The notes under the pieces: model-generated | Told to the model about the DNA's origin: nothing | Database searches by the model: none | What the model saw: only the letters and a program-made list of their open reading frames with translations | Source of the DNA: Firmicutes bacterium CAG:345 | GTDB taxonomy: Bacteria; Bacillota_I; Bacilli_A; RFN20; CAG-288 | Direction of reading: 5' to 3' | DNA: 64,000 nucleotides | NCBI GenBank assembly: GCA_000433315.1 | Contig: FR893385.1 | Span: 29,667-93,666, forward strand | Shown here: positions 29,314 through 39,643 of the stretch, piece by piece | Position numbering within the stretch: position 1 is the first letter of the stretch | Layout of the letters: each line of letters starts with the position of its first letter | Program-made: the position numbers and the translations under genes

Positions 29314-29824
29314 CTATAATTTTTTACCGCAGTTATTACAATAATTAGCATCTAATGGATTTTCTGAATTACAATAATGACACTTTTTTATTAAACTCTT
29401 TCCGCAATTTGAACAATATTTTGCATCTTTAAAATTTTTATTATGGCAATATGGACATTCAATTTGATTTTTATTCATAGTATCAGAAACAGTATCAATA
29501 GCTGGTTTTATATTCTTAGTCAATTCATTTATAACTATTGCTTGATCTTTGGTAAAATATGCATATATTGCACGATTATATCCAATTAATAAGAAAATTA
29601 TTCCAGGAGTTATTAAAAATACACCTATAAAACATAAATAAAATAATGTAGGCTGTTCCATAGTAGAAAAAGCTTTAAAAAAATCAATCAATCCAAATGT
29701 CATACACGCTATACCAGAAATTAAAAAAACAAAACCTAAAATTCTAAAAATTATCTTTTTATTTTTATGTTTGCGCTCTTTTTCATCATCTATCATTTGG
29801 TTAACTTCATCATATTTTTTCATA
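29314..29824 (-). CDS. membrane protein with C-terminal double zinc-ribbon
   Basis: CPYCHN...CSNCG and CHYCNS...CNNCG; two TM helices. Confidence 0.55.
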
Positions 29825-29926
29825 TTTAGTCTCCATAACATCATTTTAACAAAAAATTATCTAATAACATAGTTTATTTATTAATAAATTTATGCTAGTC
29901 TATGTTTTCAAAGGTAATTATAGATT

Positions 29927-30634
29927 ATGAATATTTTATTAGTTAATGATGATGGATATAATGCTGAAGGTATTCTACTTTTGCAAAAGAAATTAAAAAA
30001 ATATGGTGAAGTAACAATAGTTGCTCCTAAAAACAGCATGTCTGCCAAGTCATGTTCTTTAACAATAAGAACTGGTCTTAAAGTTGTTGAAGAAAGTGAA
30101 AACGTGTATTCAGTTGAAGGGTTTCCCGCCGATTGTACTTCTTTTGGTTTGGTTGAATTAAATAAACATTTCGATTTGGTCGTATCTGGTTGTAATCACG
30201 GATTAAATATTTCCGATGATATAAATTATTCAGGAACAATAGGAGCTTGTGTTGAAAGTATAAAACATAAAGTACCAGCCATAGCTTTTTCATGTGAATT
30301 CAACTTTAATATTGTCGATAAATATTTTGACAAAGTTATGAATTATATTATTGAAAATCAATTGATATCTTCCAAATATATTTTGAATATCAATTTTCCT
30401 AAAGGAAATTATGTCAAGGATATAAAACTAACAAAAAGCATCTCTACTGAATACGATAGAGCGTATTATAAACATGAAGATGGACTATACTATTGTCAGA
30501 GATTAGAAATATGTAAAGAAATTCCAATCGACTCTGAAAATTATGCAGTAAATAATGAAATTATTAGTATATGCCCTTTGACGAATTCTTATTTTAATTC
30601 AAATCTCTATGATAATTTAATCAAAAAAATTTAA
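29927..30634 (+). CDS. surE: 5'/3'-nucleotidase SurE
   Basis: MNILLVNDDGYNAEGI N-terminus. Confidence 0.85.
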   Translation: MNILLVNDDGYNAEGILLLQKKLKKYGEVTIVAPKNSMSAKSCSLTIRTGLKVVEESENVYSVEGFPADCTSFGLVELNKHFDLVVSGCNHGLNISDDINYSGTIGACVESIKHKVPAIAFSCEFNFNIVDKYFDKVMNYIIENQLISSKYILNINFPKGNYVKDIKLTKSISTEYDRAYYKHEDGLYYCQRLEICKEIPIDSENYAVNNEIISICPLTNSYFNSNLYDNLIKKI

Positions 30635-30695
30635 TTATAAAATCCCTAGTTTCTCAAAGATTAATAGTATATAATTTCATAGGAAGGAGATAAAT

Positions 30696-31451
30696 ATGGT
30701 AAAAAACATTAAAATTAAAAAAGTCAAATATTTCTGGCTTTATATAGTTCTAGGTGCATTAGGAGTCATTGCTTCAATAATTCTTGCACCAATATGGAAT
30801 TTCTGGGAACAATGCCCTTGGAAAACTTGGGGGCAAAGCATATTAGGAATAATAATTGCCGCCGCTATTTTATTCTATGTTGGCTATTATCTAATAAAAA
30901 AGATTATTAGATCAAGAGGTGTAATACAAGTTTTATACATAATTGAATGTGTAGTTCTTGTATTAATAGCAATTGGCAGTATTTTAACCCAGCTTCAAAT
31001 TCTTCCTATTAAAGAAATATGTATGATAATAGGATTAATATTCTTGAGTGAAGGTGTAATTGATTTATTCCGTGCTTATTTTCATCAAAGAGATTCAAAA
31101 ACAAGTTATCCAATGTGGAGACTTTGCATCGCAATTGGCGCAGTCACGCTTGGAACATATATGTTCGCTAAACCATTTTTCCAAAATATAGTAGTACTTT
31201 GGGTCTTTGTTTCATTACTATTTGTATTAAGTATCGCATTGATTGTCTTTGGTGCAATGTGTAAGCCAGCAGGAAAACCAAAAAAAGTCAAAGAAAACAA
31301 AAAAAATAGCGATAATAAAAAAGCAATAGAAGAAAAAGAAGAGAAAAAAGAACAAAAAATTATTGAACCAAAAATAACTGAATTTAAACCAAAAGAAACA
31401 AAATCTTCTTCAAAAAAAGATGAAAAAGAAGAAGAGAAAAAAGATAAATAA
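30696..31451 (+). CDS. membrane protein with Lys/Glu-rich C-terminal tail
   Basis: 5-6 TM helices then a KEEKEE low-complexity tail. Confidence 0.5.
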   Translation: MVKNIKIKKVKYFWLYIVLGALGVIASIILAPIWNFWEQCPWKTWGQSILGIIIAAAILFYVGYYLIKKIIRSRGVIQVLYIIECVVLVLIAIGSILTQLQILPIKEICMIIGLIFLSEGVIDLFRAYFHQRDSKTSYPMWRLCIAIGAVTLGTYMFAKPFFQNIVVLWVFVSLLFVLSIALIVFGAMCKPAGKPKKVKENKKNSDNKKAIEEKEEKKEQKIIEPKITEFKPKETKSSSKKDEKEEEKKDK

Positions 31452-31478
31452 AAATCCTCAAAAAATGAGGATTTTTTC
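31452..31478 (+). terminator. rho-independent terminator
   Basis: AAAAATCCTCAaaaaaTGAGGATTTTTT. Confidence 0.7.
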
Positions 31479-31606
31479 TTTTATCTTCTTGCAATCTCAA
31501 AACAAAAATGGTATTATTAAAAAGCTGTTTAAAACAGCACTAATAAATAACAAATTCAAAAATTATGTTGACATTAATATTAAAATTTGTTATTCTAATA
31601 CATGCC

Positions 31607-31682
31607 GGGTGTTTAGCTCAGCTGGGAGAGCATCTGCTTGACGTGCAGAAGGTCATAGGTTCGATCCCTATAGCACCCACCA
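31607..31682 (+). tRNA. tRNA-Val (anticodon GAC)
   Basis: Acceptor GGGTGTT/AGCACCC, D-arm GCTCAGCTGGGAGAGC, anticodon loop TTGACGT, T-loop GGTTCGATCC, CCA encoded. Confidence 0.8.
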
Positions 31683-31735
31683 TTTAGGTTAAAATTGTTG
31701 CATGTATTGCAACTTTTTTATTAAATTAATATCGT

Positions 31736-31825
31736 GGAGCAGTACCCAAGCGGTTGAAGGGACTGGTCTTGAAAACCAGCAGAGGTTAGTAGCCTGCCAG
31801 GGTTCGAATCCCTGCTGCTCCGCCA
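31736..31825 (+). tRNA. tRNA-Ser (anticodon TGA), type II long variable arm
   Basis: Acceptor GGAGCAG/CTGCTCC, anticodon loop CTTGAAA, long variable arm, T-loop GGTTCGAATCC, CCA encoded. Confidence 0.8.
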
Positions 31826-31828
31826 TGA

Positions 31829-32183
31829 TAGTAGAATAGGTCTGATACAATGCTATCAGGCTTTTTTGTTGCATAAATGGCAGATTTTATGCTTAAAATG
31901 CGATATTTTGCTTTAAAAATTGAATTTTATTAGGTTCACAGGTTGTTAGTATGCTTTATTTAGAGGCAGTATTAGCATCTTTTTATTTTGCTTTTACACG
32001 ATTTAACCTTAAGGGTGCTAAAATTCTACACGATTTGACTAGGGGTGCTAAAAATTTACAAGATTTAACACGATTTGAATTTTGAGACAATTTTGATAAA
32101 AATCCAAGCTCCATATAGATAAAAAGGCAAAAAATTGTTATAATTTCTACAAGATTATAGAAAAATGTGGATGAGGAGTATTT
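31829..32183. repeat. repeat copy 2 (terminator + ~240-bp repeat with internal 24-bp tandem motif + promoter module with extended -10 TGTTATAAT)
   Basis: 85-90% identical to 19431..19670; promoter part similar to 13793..13860; GGGTGCTAAAA(A)TT(C)TACA(C/A)GATTT repeated twice at 32013..32075. Confidence 0.7.
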
Positions 32184-32393
32184 ATGACTTATAAAGAGGC
32201 AGTCAAAAAATTAAGACTTAAAATGTTGATGACTCAAAAGGAGTTTACAACTATAAATAGGTGGGAAACAGGTAAATATGTTCCAACTATTAAAGTAAGA
32301 AGAAAATTACAACCATATTTTGAAAAGTATAATATTGAGGTGGATGCGTTATCCTCAATTCTTTGCTACAAGAGCATTTTTAAAACGTTTTGA
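32184..32393 (+). CDS. small XRE/Cro-like HTH protein (69 aa), 3' end runs into the hsdR fragment
   Basis: LKMLMTQKEFTTINRWETGKYVPTIKVRRKL HTH pattern; driven by the repeat-module promoter. Confidence 0.45.
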   Translation: MTYKEAVKKLRLKMLMTQKEFTTINRWETGKYVPTIKVRRKLQPYFEKYNIEVDALSSILCYKSIFKTF

Positions 32394-32643
32394 GCAACCT
32401 GAACAAAATGGTATTATTTGGCATACTCAAGGTTCAGGCAAGACTGCTTTAGCTGCTTTTTCAAATCGTGTTATAAAAGATTACTTTGGACATAAGAAAG
32501 TAGTAAATACTAGATTTTTCTTTGTCGTAGATAGAATGGATTTATTAAGACAAGCAAAAACAAAATTTGAAAACAGAGGATTTTACTTATCATCTTTAAA
32601 TGTTTATCAAGGAATCATTAAAATCTGTTCAATGGATGGATAA
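32330..32643 (+). pseudogene. hsdR: type I restriction enzyme HsdR N-terminal fragment (helicase motif I region)
   Basis: GIIWHTQGSGKTALAAF and RFFFVVDRMDLLRQ match the HsdR Walker A/Ia region; only ~100 aa remain. Confidence 0.55.
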
Positions 32644-32737
32644 AGATGAGTTTATTGATAAATGTTCACACGAAAATGTGAAATTAGTAGTTAAGGAAAT
32701 TTTATAAAGAAAGTTGTAATTTTAGGAGGTGTTTTAA

Positions 32738-33787
32738 ATGAATGCTATTTTTAAACTTGATGGATTAGTATTAGAAACTGAAAGATTAATATTACGTCCG
32801 TTTAAACAATCGGACTTAGATGATTTTCATGAATATGCTTCAGTTGAAGGCGTTGGAGAAATGGCTGGTTGGAAACATCATGAAACAAAAGAACATACGC
32901 AATTAATATTAGATAAATTTATTAGTAATGATAAAACATTTGCTATTGTTTTAAAGGAAAACAATAAAGTTATTGGTTCTTTAGGCATTGAAGAATATGG
33001 TATGGAGGAAAAACTATCTGAATTTTTTAATTATAATGGAAGAGAAATAGGATATGTTTTATCTAAAGATTATTGGGGAAAAGAAATAATGCCTGAAGCA
33101 GTAAAGACTGTGATTGATTATTTATTTAATGTTAAAAATTTAGACTTCCTAACTTGTGGATATTATGACTTTAATATTCAATCTAAAAGAGTTCAAGAAA
33201 AGTGTGGCTTTAAACCATATAGAAAACTTGTAATAGAAACAAAAATAGGAACAAAAGAACAATCAATATTAAATTTACTAATTAATCCAAAAAAGAAAAT
33301 TGAGTTTATATTTTCACATCCAGAAACTTTAATTTGGAAAGAAATCATAAAATATGAATCAAGAAAATTAGATGATGATACAGTAAAGTCTTTAATTGAG
33401 TTATCCAAGCAATGGCAAGAAGAAGATTGTTCTTATGGCATGATTGTAAACACTAAGGATAATTTAAGAAAACCTTTATATGTAGCGGTTAAAAATGATA
33501 AGATAATTGGATATATTTTTGGACATTATTATAAGCTAGAAAATAAAACATCATACATTGAAGTTGGAAGTAATTGTTTTATGATAGATGAAATATATGT
33601 TATTCCTTCATATAGAAGTAAAGGTGTAGGTAAAGAATTATTTAAATTAATGGAAAATGAAATCAAAGAGTCTTGTGATTATATTACATTAAGTACATCT
33701 ACAAAGGATTATAAAAAAATATTACATTTTTATGTGGATGAGCTAGATATGAATTTTCATAGTGCATTTTTAATTAAAGATTTATAA
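32738..33787 (+). CDS. tandem GNAT N-acetyltransferase
   Basis: N-terminal RimJ/RimL-like GNAT and a second C-terminal GNAT (IDEIYVIPSYRSKGVGKELF). Confidence 0.7.
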   Translation: MNAIFKLDGLVLETERLILRPFKQSDLDDFHEYASVEGVGEMAGWKHHETKEHTQLILDKFISNDKTFAIVLKENNKVIGSLGIEEYGMEEKLSEFFNYNGREIGYVLSKDYWGKEIMPEAVKTVIDYLFNVKNLDFLTCGYYDFNIQSKRVQEKCGFKPYRKLVIETKIGTKEQSILNLLINPKKKIEFIFSHPETLIWKEIIKYESRKLDDDTVKSLIELSKQWQEEDCSYGMIVNTKDNLRKPLYVAVKNDKIIGYIFGHYYKLENKTSYIEVGSNCFMIDEIYVIPSYRSKGVGKELFKLMENEIKESCDYITLSTSTKDYKKILHFYVDELDMNFHSAFLIKDL

Positions 33788-33821
33788 CAAACTACTAGGC
33801 GTGCAAAAGGAGATTATTAAA

Positions 33822-34193
33822 ATGAGTGAAGCATACAAGTTTTTAAAAGAATGTGTTTCATTTTTTGTCTTATCTATTAATGGAGATTTTCCAGCTGAGA
33901 GACCTTTCGGAGCAGTAATGCAAGTAGGAGATAATTTATATTTATCTACTAATGATTTAAATGAAGCTCATAAACAAATTAGATTAAATGGTAATATTCA
34001 AATTGTTGCTAAAAAGCCAGATTCAAGAGAATGGATTAGAATAACTGGTGTAACTAGTGAATGTAATGATATTGATTCAAAATTAAAAGATAGTATTATA
34101 AATAAGAACAACGAAGAAGCTAGATATTACATGAATAAAATTAAAACATTATCCAATAATTTCGAACTTCCCAATGATTATTGTCAAGAATAA
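33822..34193 (+). CDS. pyridoxamine 5'-phosphate oxidase-like FMN-binding protein
   Basis: FFVLSINGDFPAERPFGAV...IQIVA split-barrel pattern. Confidence 0.5.
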   Translation: MSEAYKFLKECVSFFVLSINGDFPAERPFGAVMQVGDNLYLSTNDLNEAHKQIRLNGNIQIVAKKPDSREWIRITGVTSECNDIDSKLKDSIINKNNEEARYYMNKIKTLSNNFELPNDYCQE

Positions 34194-34318
34194 GAAAGAG
34201 TATATAAAGCTTTTAAATCTTTAAACAATCTAATATAAGTATTATATTTCTTTTATTTTTTTAAAAAATATACTATCATAAAACTAAGTTCTTACATTTA
34301 ATGTATCGCGGAGGATTT

Positions 34319-35707
34319 ATGAAGATAATTGATAATATAATCTATATACAAAATAATAAAGCAATTAATTTTTATAAAGATGAAAATGATTGTCTTTATA
34401 TTTCTGAAAAAGATATTCCTAATATTTTCTTGTGCAATAATGAGGAAATTATTATAAGTGATTTTAAAAAATTTATTAATAGAGAATCTATTGATTATAA
34501 TGAAAATAAACATATAGAAAACAATATCATCTTATACAATATTAACTTAGTTTTGTATTATGGATATTATGAATACTTAAATCAAACAAAAATATTTTAT
34601 TCCTTTTTAAAAGAAAATAATTTAACTTCTACTATCTGGATGTATTTATGTGATGTCTTAGAAAATAAAACCAATAAATCATCTTTTTTAAAAATATTTA
34701 AAAATTATGAAAATATTTTTTCTACTATAGAAAAATTAAAAACTTCTGAACATTCCAAAAATTATTCTGCTTTTTTCATTCCAGATGAAAATTTAATTAA
34801 TGATATGATTTCAAAATTAAAAGATGAATATTATTTAAATGATGATTTTGGTGTTTTAAAAGAAAAAGATAGTTTTAAAAATATTACTTCAGATTTCTAT
34901 GAAAACTATTTTGATTATGATAATCTTTCTTATGAAAATAATCTTTCTTCCTTTACTTATCTTTTTCTAAAAGCAATGCCTTATATTTCTGGAAATGAAG
35001 AAATTTTATGTGGCATAATTCTTTTAGATTTAATTAATAACAATGATTTATATTCAAAAAATTATACTTATTTAAATGAAATTGATTTAGGTATTTTTAT
35101 CAAAGAAGCAACTGAAAATTTAAAAGAAGATCCTTTGTATTTAAAAGAAAAAATTACTAAGTTATTTTATTATGAAAAAAATCCAACAATAAGATATAAA
35201 GATCCAGATTCTTCTTTATTGAAAGAATCAACACAAGAAAACATCATCAATTATATTGTCGAATTTATTCAAAAAAATAAAGCATATAGTGGTAGATATG
35301 ATTATTTTAGAGGAAAAGAACCAACAAAAGATCCTAATGACCCTTTTAGTGAATTCTATACATCAAATGTTTATAAACTTCATTTTCATTGTGAATTTAA
35401 TAATTTTAAACTTAATGTCGGAAAAAGTATGACTAAACAAAATACTTTAGTTTTTAATGTCGATGGAAATGCATATATAGAAGCACCAATTGATTTAAAT
35501 AGACGTGATTTATTTATTCTTAATATATATGATGAAATAAAAAATAAATTAGCTCCTGATGCATTCGAAGAATTAGAAACTGATGCAATAAAAAAATTAG
35601 ATATTTCATTAAATCATAAATTAAAAGATATTTTTGATATTAAGAAATTAAAATTCGAATATATTATAAATTGGAATATAGAAATAACTACCGATAATGG
35701 TTATTAA
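34319..35707 (+). CDS. hypothetical protein (N/K/Y-rich)
   Basis: About 460 aa long ORF in an AT-rich region; no motif recognised. Confidence 0.4.
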   Translation: MKIIDNIIYIQNNKAINFYKDENDCLYISEKDIPNIFLCNNEEIIISDFKKFINRESIDYNENKHIENNIILYNINLVLYYGYYEYLNQTKIFYSFLKENNLTSTIWMYLCDVLENKTNKSSFLKIFKNYENIFSTIEKLKTSEHSKNYSAFFIPDENLINDMISKLKDEYYLNDDFGVLKEKDSFKNITSDFYENYFDYDNLSYENNLSSFTYLFLKAMPYISGNEEILCGIILLDLINNNDLYSKNYTYLNEIDLGIFIKEATENLKEDPLYLKEKITKLFYYEKNPTIRYKDPDSSLLKESTQENIINYIVEFIQKNKAYSGRYDYFRGKEPTKDPNDPFSEFYTSNVYKLHFHCEFNNFKLNVGKSMTKQNTLVFNVDGNAYIEAPIDLNRRDLFILNIYDEIKNKLAPDAFEELETDAIKKLDISLNHKLKDIFDIKKLKFEYIINWNIEITTDNGY

Positions 35708-35787
35708 TCTTATTCTTGAATTTAAAAATTATCAAATTAAAAAAGGTTAAGAAATATTTTCCAATACTTCTTAACCTATTTTATTTT

Positions 35788-36204
35788 TTATTCGGCTTTT
35801 TTTGTATCTTCAGCAGTTTTCTCTTGTTTTACAGCTGGAGCAGGATAAGATGGTGTAGAAAGAAAGTCTTGAACCATTTGTTTACGTCTTTCTTTCTTAG
35901 ATTTAATTGCATCATATTTATTGGCATAATGTCTTAAAACAATAATTATAAATATAGTAGCAACTAAGAATATAACTGTTCCTAATATTCTAAAATCAAC
36001 AACTCCATTTATACCTAAAAAGCTAGCAAAGCCTTTTTGTGCAGCATATAACGGATTATTTTCAGTAAGTTTTGGTAAGTTATAAGCAACCATTCCTAAA
36101 ATAGCAAGGACAAAACCTAACAACCAGATAGCACCGAAGACTGATAAAAGAATTATTTCGTTTCTTTTATAAGCTTTAGCATTATTTTTCTTAGGAGCAG
36201 CCAT
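35788..36204 (-). CDS. hypothetical membrane protein
   Basis: 138 aa, 2-3 TM helices; coupled to the upstream 321-aa gene. Confidence 0.45.
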   Translation of the reverse strand: MAAPKKNNAKAYKRNEIILLSVFGAIWLLGFVLAILGMVAYNLPKLTENNPLYAAQKGFASFLGINGVVDFRILGTVIFLVATIFIIIVLRHYANKYDAIKSKKERRKQMVQDFLSTPSYPAPAVKQEKTAEDTKKAE

Positions 36205-36206
36205 AA

Positions 36207-37172
36207 TTATTTAGCTTCTGGGGCTGGTGCTTGAGAAGCACGCATTTCTTGTTCATACTTAACAAGATTTTGATACATATTATTAAAGTTTTGTAACCAA
36301 GCTTGAGTATATTCTTGACCTTTGGCATTGAAAATACTTACCAAAGTATTTAAAACATCTTGCATTGTGCGTCCTTCTTCAAGCTTTTTACTGCCATTAA
36401 GATAATTGAGATATTCAGCAAATTGATCAAATAATCCTAAAAGTGTAGGATCTTGATTTCTAATTTTGCTCTTGATAAAGAATGTTAAGCCGATAACATT
36501 TTTTAATTCTTCATCAATAAAGTGAATGGATGGATCTGCATGAATATTGAATTCAGGAGATGTAACATCAACACCTTGTGCACGCTTAGCATTGCGAATT
36601 GAATTTGCAACGTTATTAAGTTCAATAAATTTTGCACTGATAATTGATGAAACAACATGCATACTTCTTGCACGATAGAACAAATCATATGAATTAAATA
36701 ATTCTTTTAATTCTGGTTCAAGTGTTCCATCTTTTTCAAATGTATTGATATATCCATTTAAGATATCAATAATAACTTCATGAATAGATACGATTTCTCC
36801 AGCATATTTAACAAGTAAACTTGTTTCAACACGAAGTTCTTTTTGACTATCAGCATTTGTAACAATAGAAACAAATGGAGTATCAGAATCTTCAGTACGA
36901 CCAATGCCATAAACATCGCGTGCAATATCTTTTACATGATTAAAAATCTTTTCCCCTTGTTCACCATTAGCTGCGCAAAAACGTGCAAATGGCATATTTG
37001 GTTCCAAGAAATGTTGGAATTGTGTAACTTGGCTTTCATAAGCTTTAACAAGTTGCTCTCCATTATTATTTTGTTTTAAAAGATTTACAACTGGGCCGGC
37101 ATAATCAAGAGCTTGACTAAGAAGTTGAGCAACTTGATAAATACCCATTGCATAACGAGTACTTTCGTTCAT
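36207..37172 (-). CDS. hypothetical protein, 321 aa
   Basis: Long ORF with good codon usage; no domain recognised. Confidence 0.45.
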   Translation of the reverse strand: MNESTRYAMGIYQVAQLLSQALDYAGPVVNLLKQNNNGEQLVKAYESQVTQFQHFLEPNMPFARFCAANGEQGEKIFNHVKDIARDVYGIGRTEDSDTPFVSIVTNADSQKELRVETSLLVKYAGEIVSIHEVIIDILNGYINTFEKDGTLEPELKELFNSYDLFYRARSMHVVSSIISAKFIELNNVANSIRNAKRAQGVDVTSPEFNIHADPSIHFIDEELKNVIGLTFFIKSKIRNQDPTLLGLFDQFAEYLNYLNGSKKLEEGRTMQDVLNTLVSIFNAKGQEYTQAWLQNFNNMYQNLVKYEQEMRASQAPAPEAK

Positions 37173-37324
37173 TTAATATATTTCCTCCGATAACTTTTCT
37201 TATTATAACCTTATAAAGAAATAATTACAAGCAATTACACAGTTTATAAGAAGCAATTTTATAAAAAAGCAATTAAAAATTATATGATTTAAATATGATA
37301 AAAATAATATTTTTCGTTTATATT

Positions 37325-37714
37325 TTATTTTCTTTTTAATGATGAATTTTCCTTAATTATCTTTTTTCTTCTTTTTGAAAAAATAAAATAAATTAAAATT
37401 GATATTATTGCTAAAATTAAAATACCTCCAAAAATTAGTCCTACAATCAATAAGATTATTTTTAAAAATGCATTGCCTAATTGATCAGACACTTCATTTC
37501 CAGAGGTAGATAAATTCGAACTGGTGTTATTTTTTGTACTTGTAAAATCCTGTTCAAGAATAATATAATCTCCATCAATTTTTTTGTTTTCAATTTCATT
37601 TTTTTGATAATTGACTATGCTTATTTTTTCTAATTCAAAAAAATTATGCTCTGTAGAAATAATAGAAATTGGTAAAAATAATAATGGAATAAAAGAAAAA
37701 ACTTTAAATTTCAT
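37325..37714 (-). CDS. hypothetical exported/membrane-anchored protein
   Basis: N-terminal signal peptide and C-terminal TM helix. Confidence 0.4.
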   Translation of the reverse strand: MKFKVFSFIPLLFLPISIISTEHNFFELEKISIVNYQKNEIENKKIDGDYIILEQDFTSTKNNTSSNLSTSGNEVSDQLGNAFLKIILLIVGLIFGGILILAIISILIYFIFSKRRKKIIKENSSLKRK

Positions 37715-37771
37715 ATACCTTCCTCATTTCAATTATATTGTATATAAAAATTAAAGTTTTGTAAATTTTTA

Positions 37772-38914
37772 TCAATTTTTGCTATAAACTAGATTACCTG
37801 CTATATAGGTTTTGATAACATTTAAATTTCTATCAATAACAATGTAATCCGCATCTTTACCTATATCTAATGATCCCTTAAATTTTTCAACACCCATATT
37901 TTTAGCTGGATTAATTGTTGCAAAATCAATCGCTTCTTCCAACGATATATTCAATGTTTTTTGAATATTTTTTACCGCATCATTCATTCTTAAAATTGAG
38001 CCCGCAAGGGTTCCATCATTTAATGTAGCAACACCATTTTTTACATAAACTTTTTGTCCCCCAAGTTCATATTGTCCTTCATCTAAAAATCTTGCTTCCA
38101 TTGAGTCTGTAATCAAAACAATTTTATCTTTTCCTTTAAGTCGGTATAATAACTCAATTGCTGGAGCTGAAACATGATGTAAATCACAAATTAATTCAGT
38201 ATAAACAGAGTCATTTAACAATCCAGCGCCTAACAATCCTATATCACGATGATGAATCCCTCTCATAGCATTATAGGTGTGAGTAAGTGTATGAGCACCT
38301 TTATCAATAGCTTCTTGAGCTTTAGTATATGAACAATCAGAATGTCCAAGACTTGGTTTTATTCCGTTATCGAGAAGAAATTTAACAATATCAAAATCAG
38401 CTTCTTCATAAGCTATAGTCATAATCTTAATCATATTACTACTAGCTTCAATCAATTCTTTTATATTTTCTTCTGTCGCCTTAATAATATTTTTAGGATC
38501 TTGAGCTCCACAATATTTTTTACAAATAAACGGTCCTTCTACATTTATGCCTAATATATTTGCACCAGGTAAATCTTTATTTTGAGCAATATTATTTAAT
38601 GCCCGCTTTACATCATCTAAACTCATGCTCATTGTTGTTGGATAAAATGATGTTACACCATCTTGTAAAAGTGAAATTGAGATATTTTCCAAGTCTTTTT
38701 TTGTTGCATACATAGTATCAGAACCATTGCAACCATGAATATGTTCTTCGATAAAACCAGGAATAACTATATAATTTTCATCTAATTTTTCAAAAGAAGA
38801 ATCTTCATCGTAACCTATAACTTTACCTTTTTCAAACGCTATAGATCCTTTGATAATTCCTTTTTTTGGAATATATATATACGTATCCTTATATCCTGTC
38901 ATATTAAACACCAA
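37772..38914 (-). CDS. nagA: N-acetylglucosamine-6-phosphate deacetylase
   Basis: EEHIHGCNG metal-binding motif, 380 aa amidohydrolase. Confidence 0.85.
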   Translation of the reverse strand: MVFNMTGYKDTYIYIPKKGIIKGSIAFEKGKVIGYDEDSSFEKLDENYIVIPGFIEEHIHGCNGSDTMYATKKDLENISISLLQDGVTSFYPTTMSMSLDDVKRALNNIAQNKDLPGANILGINVEGPFICKKYCGAQDPKNIIKATEENIKELIEASSNMIKIMTIAYEEADFDIVKFLLDNGIKPSLGHSDCSYTKAQEAIDKGAHTLTHTYNAMRGIHHRDIGLLGAGLLNDSVYTELICDLHHVSAPAIELLYRLKGKDKIVLITDSMEARFLDEGQYELGGQKVYVKNGVATLNDGTLAGSILRMNDAVKNIQKTLNISLEEAIDFATINPAKNMGVEKFKGSLDIGKDADYIVIDRNLNVIKTYIAGNLVYSKN

Positions 38915-39632
38915 TCTTTAATTTGCTCGCTGCTTCTTCATCAGCATAAATTGTACAATTAGGATGAGATTTCAAAATTGAAGCTGGTAAATTTTCATTT
39001 TCATCTTCAGTAAATAATCTGAAAATAGCCTCAGCCTTATTTAATCCAGTGGCTATTAAAACGATACGTTTAGCGTTCAAAATAGATTGCAATCCCATTG
39101 AAATTGCAGAAGTTGGAACATCATCAATTGATTCAAAAAATCTCGAATTATCTTTTATAGTTGATTCTTTTAATTTCACGACATGAATATGTGAAGAAAA
39201 AGATGTTCCTGGTTCATTAAAAGCAATATGTCCATTTGATCCTATTCCTAATATTTGAAAATCAATTCCCCCATCTTTTGCAATTTCTTGTTCATATGTT
39301 CCTATACATTTGCTTGAATTTAAACCATCTGGAATATGAATGTTTTCTTTATTGATATCTATATGTTCAAAAAGATTTTTATTCATAAAATAATGATATG
39401 ATTGAGAATCATCTTCTTTTAATCCAATATATTCATCCAGATTATATGTTTTAACATTTTTAAAAGAAACAAATTTATTATTATAAGCTTTTATCAGTTC
39501 TTGATAAACGCCGATTGGAGAAGAACCAGTTGCTAGACCCAAACAAGCATTATTTTTTCTATTGATCAATGTTACTATTTCTTTAGCAATTTCTCTAGCT
39601 ATATCTTCTTTTTTTAAAACTATTAATTCCAT
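38904..39632 (-). CDS. nagB: glucosamine-6-phosphate deaminase
   Basis: ACLGLATGSSPIGVYQELI and NLDEYIGL motifs. Confidence 0.88.
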   Translation of the reverse strand: MELIVLKKEDIAREIAKEIVTLINRKNNACLGLATGSSPIGVYQELIKAYNNKFVSFKNVKTYNLDEYIGLKEDDSQSYHYFMNKNLFEHIDINKENIHIPDGLNSSKCIGTYEQEIAKDGGIDFQILGIGSNGHIAFNEPGTSFSSHIHVVKLKESTIKDNSRFFESIDDVPTSAISMGLQSILNAKRIVLIATGLNKAEAIFRLFTEDENENLPASILKSHPNCTIYADEEAASKLKIGV

Positions 39633-39643
39633 AATTATCTCCT

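Noticed and set aside
31689-31874. 61-aa minus-strand ORF
   Set aside because: It overlaps tRNA-Ser(TGA).
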